Part shown: piece after piece, positions 61,277 to 64,000 of the stretch
Position numbering within the stretch: position 1 is the first letter of the stretch
How the letters are laid out: each line of letters begins with the position of its first letter
Assembly (NCBI GenBank): GCA_040218735.1
Contig: JAVJQW010000017.1
Span: 128,001-192,000 of the forward strand
Origin: Deltaproteobacteria bacterium
GTDB taxonomy: Bacteria; Myxococcota; Kuafuiibacteriia; Kuafuiibacteriales; Kuafuiibacteriaceae
Length of the DNA: 64,000 nucleotides
Reading direction: 5' to 3'
The notes under the pieces: generated by a model
Database searches by the model: none
What the model saw: the letters and a program-made list of their open reading frames with translations, nothing else
Told to the model about the DNA's origin: nothing
Position numbers and translations under genes: made by a program

Positions 61277-62308
61277 ATGGCCTACCAAGCTGAGTACATC
61301 TGGATCGACGGCACAGAGCCCACCCCGCTGGTGCGCTCCAAGACCCGCATCATCACCGACGCCCCGACCAAGGATCCGGGCGCCCTGCCCCAGTGGCAGT
61401 TCGACGGCTCGAGCACCAACCAGGCGCCCGGGCGTGACTCCGACTGCATCCTCGAGCCCGTGCGCGTCGTCCCCGACCCCGTGCGCGGCGGCGACAACAT
61501 CCTCGTCCTGTGCGAGGTCCACGCGCCCGACGGCACGCCGCACGCGAGCAACCGCCGCGCGCTCCTCCGCGCTGCGTTGGACGCGGGCGCCGAAAAGTCC
61601 GAGGCGTGGGTGGCCTTCGAGCAGGAGTACACGTTCTTCGACGGCTCCCGCCCGATGGGCTTCCCGGCCGAGCGTCGGTTCCCCGCTCCGCAGGGGCCGT
61701 ACTACTGCGGCGTCGGCGCCGACGAGGTGTACGGTCGCGAGATCGTCGAGGAGCACACCGCCGCGTGCATGCGCGCCGGGCTCTCGATCTGCGGCATCAA
61801 CGCCGAGGTGATGCCCGGGCAGTGGGAGTTCCAGATCGGCGGCCCCGGCGTGGGTCCGCTCGAGGCGTCCGACCACCTGTGGCTCGCGCGCTGGCTCCTC
61901 TACCGGGTGGGCGAGAACTTCGACATCTCCGCGACGCTCGATCCCAAGCCGGTCCCCGGCGACTGGAACGGCGCCGGGATGCACACGAACTACTCGACCG
62001 CAGCGATGCGCATCGAGGGCGGCCGCAAGGTCATCGAGGACGCGTGTGAGAAGCTCCGCGCGAACCACGAGAAGCACCTCGCGGTGTACGGCCACGGCAA
62101 CGAAGGTCGACTCACCGGCCTCCACGAGACGTGCTCGTACCGTGAGTTCCGCTGGGGCGTCGCCGACCGCACCGCGTCGATCCGCATCCCGCGGTCCGTC
62201 GCGACGGACGGCTTCGGCTACCTCGAGGATCGTCGCCCGGCCGCGAACGCGGACCCGTACAACGTGTGCAACGCGCTGCTGCGCTCTACGCTCGACCTCT
62301 GGCCGTAA
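61277..62308 (+). CDS. glnII: Glutamine synthetase type II
   Basis: About 343 aa; [74 protein letters not shown]. Confidence 0.95.
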   Translation: MAYQAEYIWIDGTEPTPLVRSKTRIITDAPTKDPGALPQWQFDGSSTNQAPGRDSDCILEPVRVVPDPVRGGDNILVLCEVHAPDGTPHASNRRALLRAALDAGAEKSEAWVAFEQEYTFFDGSRPMGFPAERRFPAPQGPYYCGVGADEVYGREIVEEHTAACMRAGLSICGINAEVMPGQWEFQIGGPGVGPLEASDHLWLARWLLYRVGENFDISATLDPKPVPGDWNGAGMHTNYSTAAMRIEGGRKVIEDACEKLRANHEKHLAVYGHGNEGRLTGLHETCSYREFRWGVADRTASIRIPRSVATDGFGYLEDRRPAANADPYNVCNALLRSTLDLWP

Positions 62309-63056
62309 GCGCTTCCAACACCCTGCGCAACGCGGGCGGGTCTTGGACCCGGTGGCTCGCCCGCGTCGCGCCCTCCCCCACCTTCACCGTCAACGCACCT
62401 TCGCGCCCCGCGAGGGATTCGAACGCGTCTTCGTCGGTGACGTCATCCCCCGCGTAGAAGACCGACTTCGCGCCGAGCTCGTCCGCGAGCGCGAGGAGCG
62501 CCGTACCCTTGTGCACGCCGCGCGGGCGCGCCTCGACCACACGTTTACCTCGGACCAGCTCGAGCGGGGCCCCCGCCATCACCTCTGTGAAGCGGCGCTG
62601 CGCCTCGACCTCGTCGTCGGGCGCGCAAGCCCGCGTGTGCATCGCGAGGCCGGACGACTTGTCCTCGATCCACGCACCCTCGATCGACGCCACCGCCGCC
62701 TTCGCGGCGACGCGGCGTTCTTCGATCTCCTTCGCGGTCGCCTCGTCGAGCGCGTGTGCTTCGAGCGCTTCGGCCGGCGTGTTCGGCGCGCACCGTTCGT
62801 GACCGTGCAGACCGATGCGCCACACGTCCGGCATCCGCAGGAGCGCGTCGACGCTCTTCACGTCGCGGCCTGTCACGATCGCGAGCGTGTGCGTCGAGGC
62901 GAGGCGTTCGAGGATCGGCCGCGTCACCTCCGGCAGCGCGGCGTCCTCCGGGCGGTCGACGATCGGCGCGAGCGTACCGTCGAAGTCGAGCGCGACCAGG
63001 TGCAAGCCAGGTTGCGCGAGCCAGGCCGCGACGTCGGCGTCGCTGGGGCCCTTCAA
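62286..63056 (-). CDS. otsB: Trehalose-6-phosphate phosphatase
   Basis: HAD motif [25 protein letters not shown]; probable TTG start overlapping the otsA stop (TTGA). Confidence 0.92.
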   Translation of the reverse strand: MKGPSDADVAAWLAQPGLHLVALDFDGTLAPIVDRPEDAALPEVTRPILERLASTHTLAIVTGRDVKSVDALLRMPDVWRIGLHGHERCAPNTPAEALEAHALDEATAKEIEERRVAAKAAVASIEGAWIEDKSSGLAMHTRACAPDDEVEAQRRFTEVMAGAPLELVRGKRVVEARPRGVHKGTALLALADELGAKSVFYAGDDVTDEDAFESLAGREGALTVKVGEGATRASHRVQDPPALRRVLEALTARGRA

Positions 63057-64000
63057 ACGTCGATCCCCGCGGAGGCTTGCGCGGCGCGGAGGCTCTCGCC
63101 GAGCCACCATCCGATGTCACGCATCGCCACGCGCGTCCGCAGCCGACGCATCCGCGCGCGCTGCTCGTCGGGGTGCATCTTCAGCGCGAAGTCGAGCGCG
63201 GTCGCGACGTCGCTGATGCTGTACGGGTTCACGAGCACACTGTCGCGGCCCAGCTCTTCACCCGCGCCCGCGAACTCCGACAGTAGGAGCACACCGTCGT
63301 CCTCGATGCGGCTCGCGACGTACTCCTTCGCGACGAGGTTCATGCCGTCGCGCAGCGGCGTCACCAGCGCGACGTCCGCGGCGCGGTACTGCGCGATGAG
63401 CTCGTCCTTCGGCAGCCCGCGGTACTGATAACTCACCGGCGTCCAACCGAGCCGGCTGTACTGACCGTTGATGCGACCGACCGTCTCGTCGACCTTGCGC
63501 TTGAGGTTCTTGTAGTCCTCGACCGCCGTGCGGCTCGGCACGGCGATCTGCACGAGCGAGACCTTGCCGCGGTAGTGCGGGTGTCGCTCGAGCAGCCGTT
63601 CGAACGAGTAGAGCCGCTCCAGGATCCCCTTCGTGTAGTCGAGGCGATCCACGCCGAGGATGATCTTGTCTCCGCTCACCTTGCGCCGGATCTCGGCGAC
63701 CTGCTGCTCCACCTTCTCGGAACGCGCGACGCGCTCGTGCTCGGCGACGTCGATGCCGATCGGGAACCAACCGACCTGCGTCGACCGCCCCTGCCACAAC
63801 ACCTGTCCCGACGCCTCGTCCACCTGCGCGCCGAGGATCTCCGAGCACGCGGTCATGAAGTTCTTCGCGTAGTTCTTGGTGTGGAAGCCGACGAGGTCCG
63901 CGCCGAGCAAGCCGAGCAGCACGTCTTCGCGCCACGGCAACACCCGGAACACCTGCGACGCCGGGAACGGCACGTGGTGGAAGTACGCGATCGCGCCGCC
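63053..64000 (-). CDS. otsA: Trehalose-6-phosphate synthase (5' end beyond window)
   Basis: [45 protein letters not shown]. Confidence 0.95.
   Translation of the reverse strand, partial: GGAIAYFHHVPFPASQVFRVLPWREDVLLGLLGADLVGFHTKNYAKNFMTACSEILGAQVDEASGQVLWQGRSTQVGWFPIGIDVAEHERVARSEKVEQQVAEIRRKVSGDKIILGVDRLDYTKGILERLYSFERLLERHPHYRGKVSLVQIAVPSRTAVEDYKNLKRKVDETVGRINGQYSRLGWTPVSYQYRGLPKDELIAQYRAADVALVTPLRDGMNLVAKEYVASRIEDDGVLLLSEFAGAGEELGRDSVLVNPYSISDVATALDFALKMHPDEQRARMRRLRTRVAMRDIGWWLGESLRAAQASAGIDV

Overview
High-GC (roughly 70% by eye) bacterial chromosomal window with about 50 tightly packed genes. The gene content (eukaryote-like Ser/Thr kinases, an FHA-GAF sigma-54 activator, many Cys-rich lipoproteins, choice-of-anchor-D/ASH lipoproteins, a CglB-like vWA lipoprotein, an RpoH-like sigma factor) points to Myxococcota/deltaproteobacteria (inference). 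Housekeeping genes: pdxJ, glmM, folP, ftsH, tilS, hutU, type II glutamine synthetase, otsA/otsB. About 30 kb of accessory DNA separates ftsH from folP-glmM. Most notable: (1) a cheA-W-R-D-B-Y cassette, a sensorless soluble MCP and a PilZ gene, with four sigma-28 (FliA)-type promoters, TCA(A/T)-N15-NCCGAT, read directly from the intergenic DNA ahead of pilZ, mcp, cheA and cheY; the MCP has a CheZ-like DxxxQ motif; (2) a translationally coupled trio of exported metallophosphatase lipoprotein, POTRA-less Omp85 barrel and atypical kinase-fold lipoprotein, a candidate undescribed envelope kinase/phosphatase system; (3) a hemerythrin-ODP double di-iron fusion; (4) a frameshifted kinase-ATPase-TPR gene. 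No rRNA, tRNA, CRISPR array, integrase or IS element was recognised. All family assignments come from reading motifs by eye; no database searches were run.
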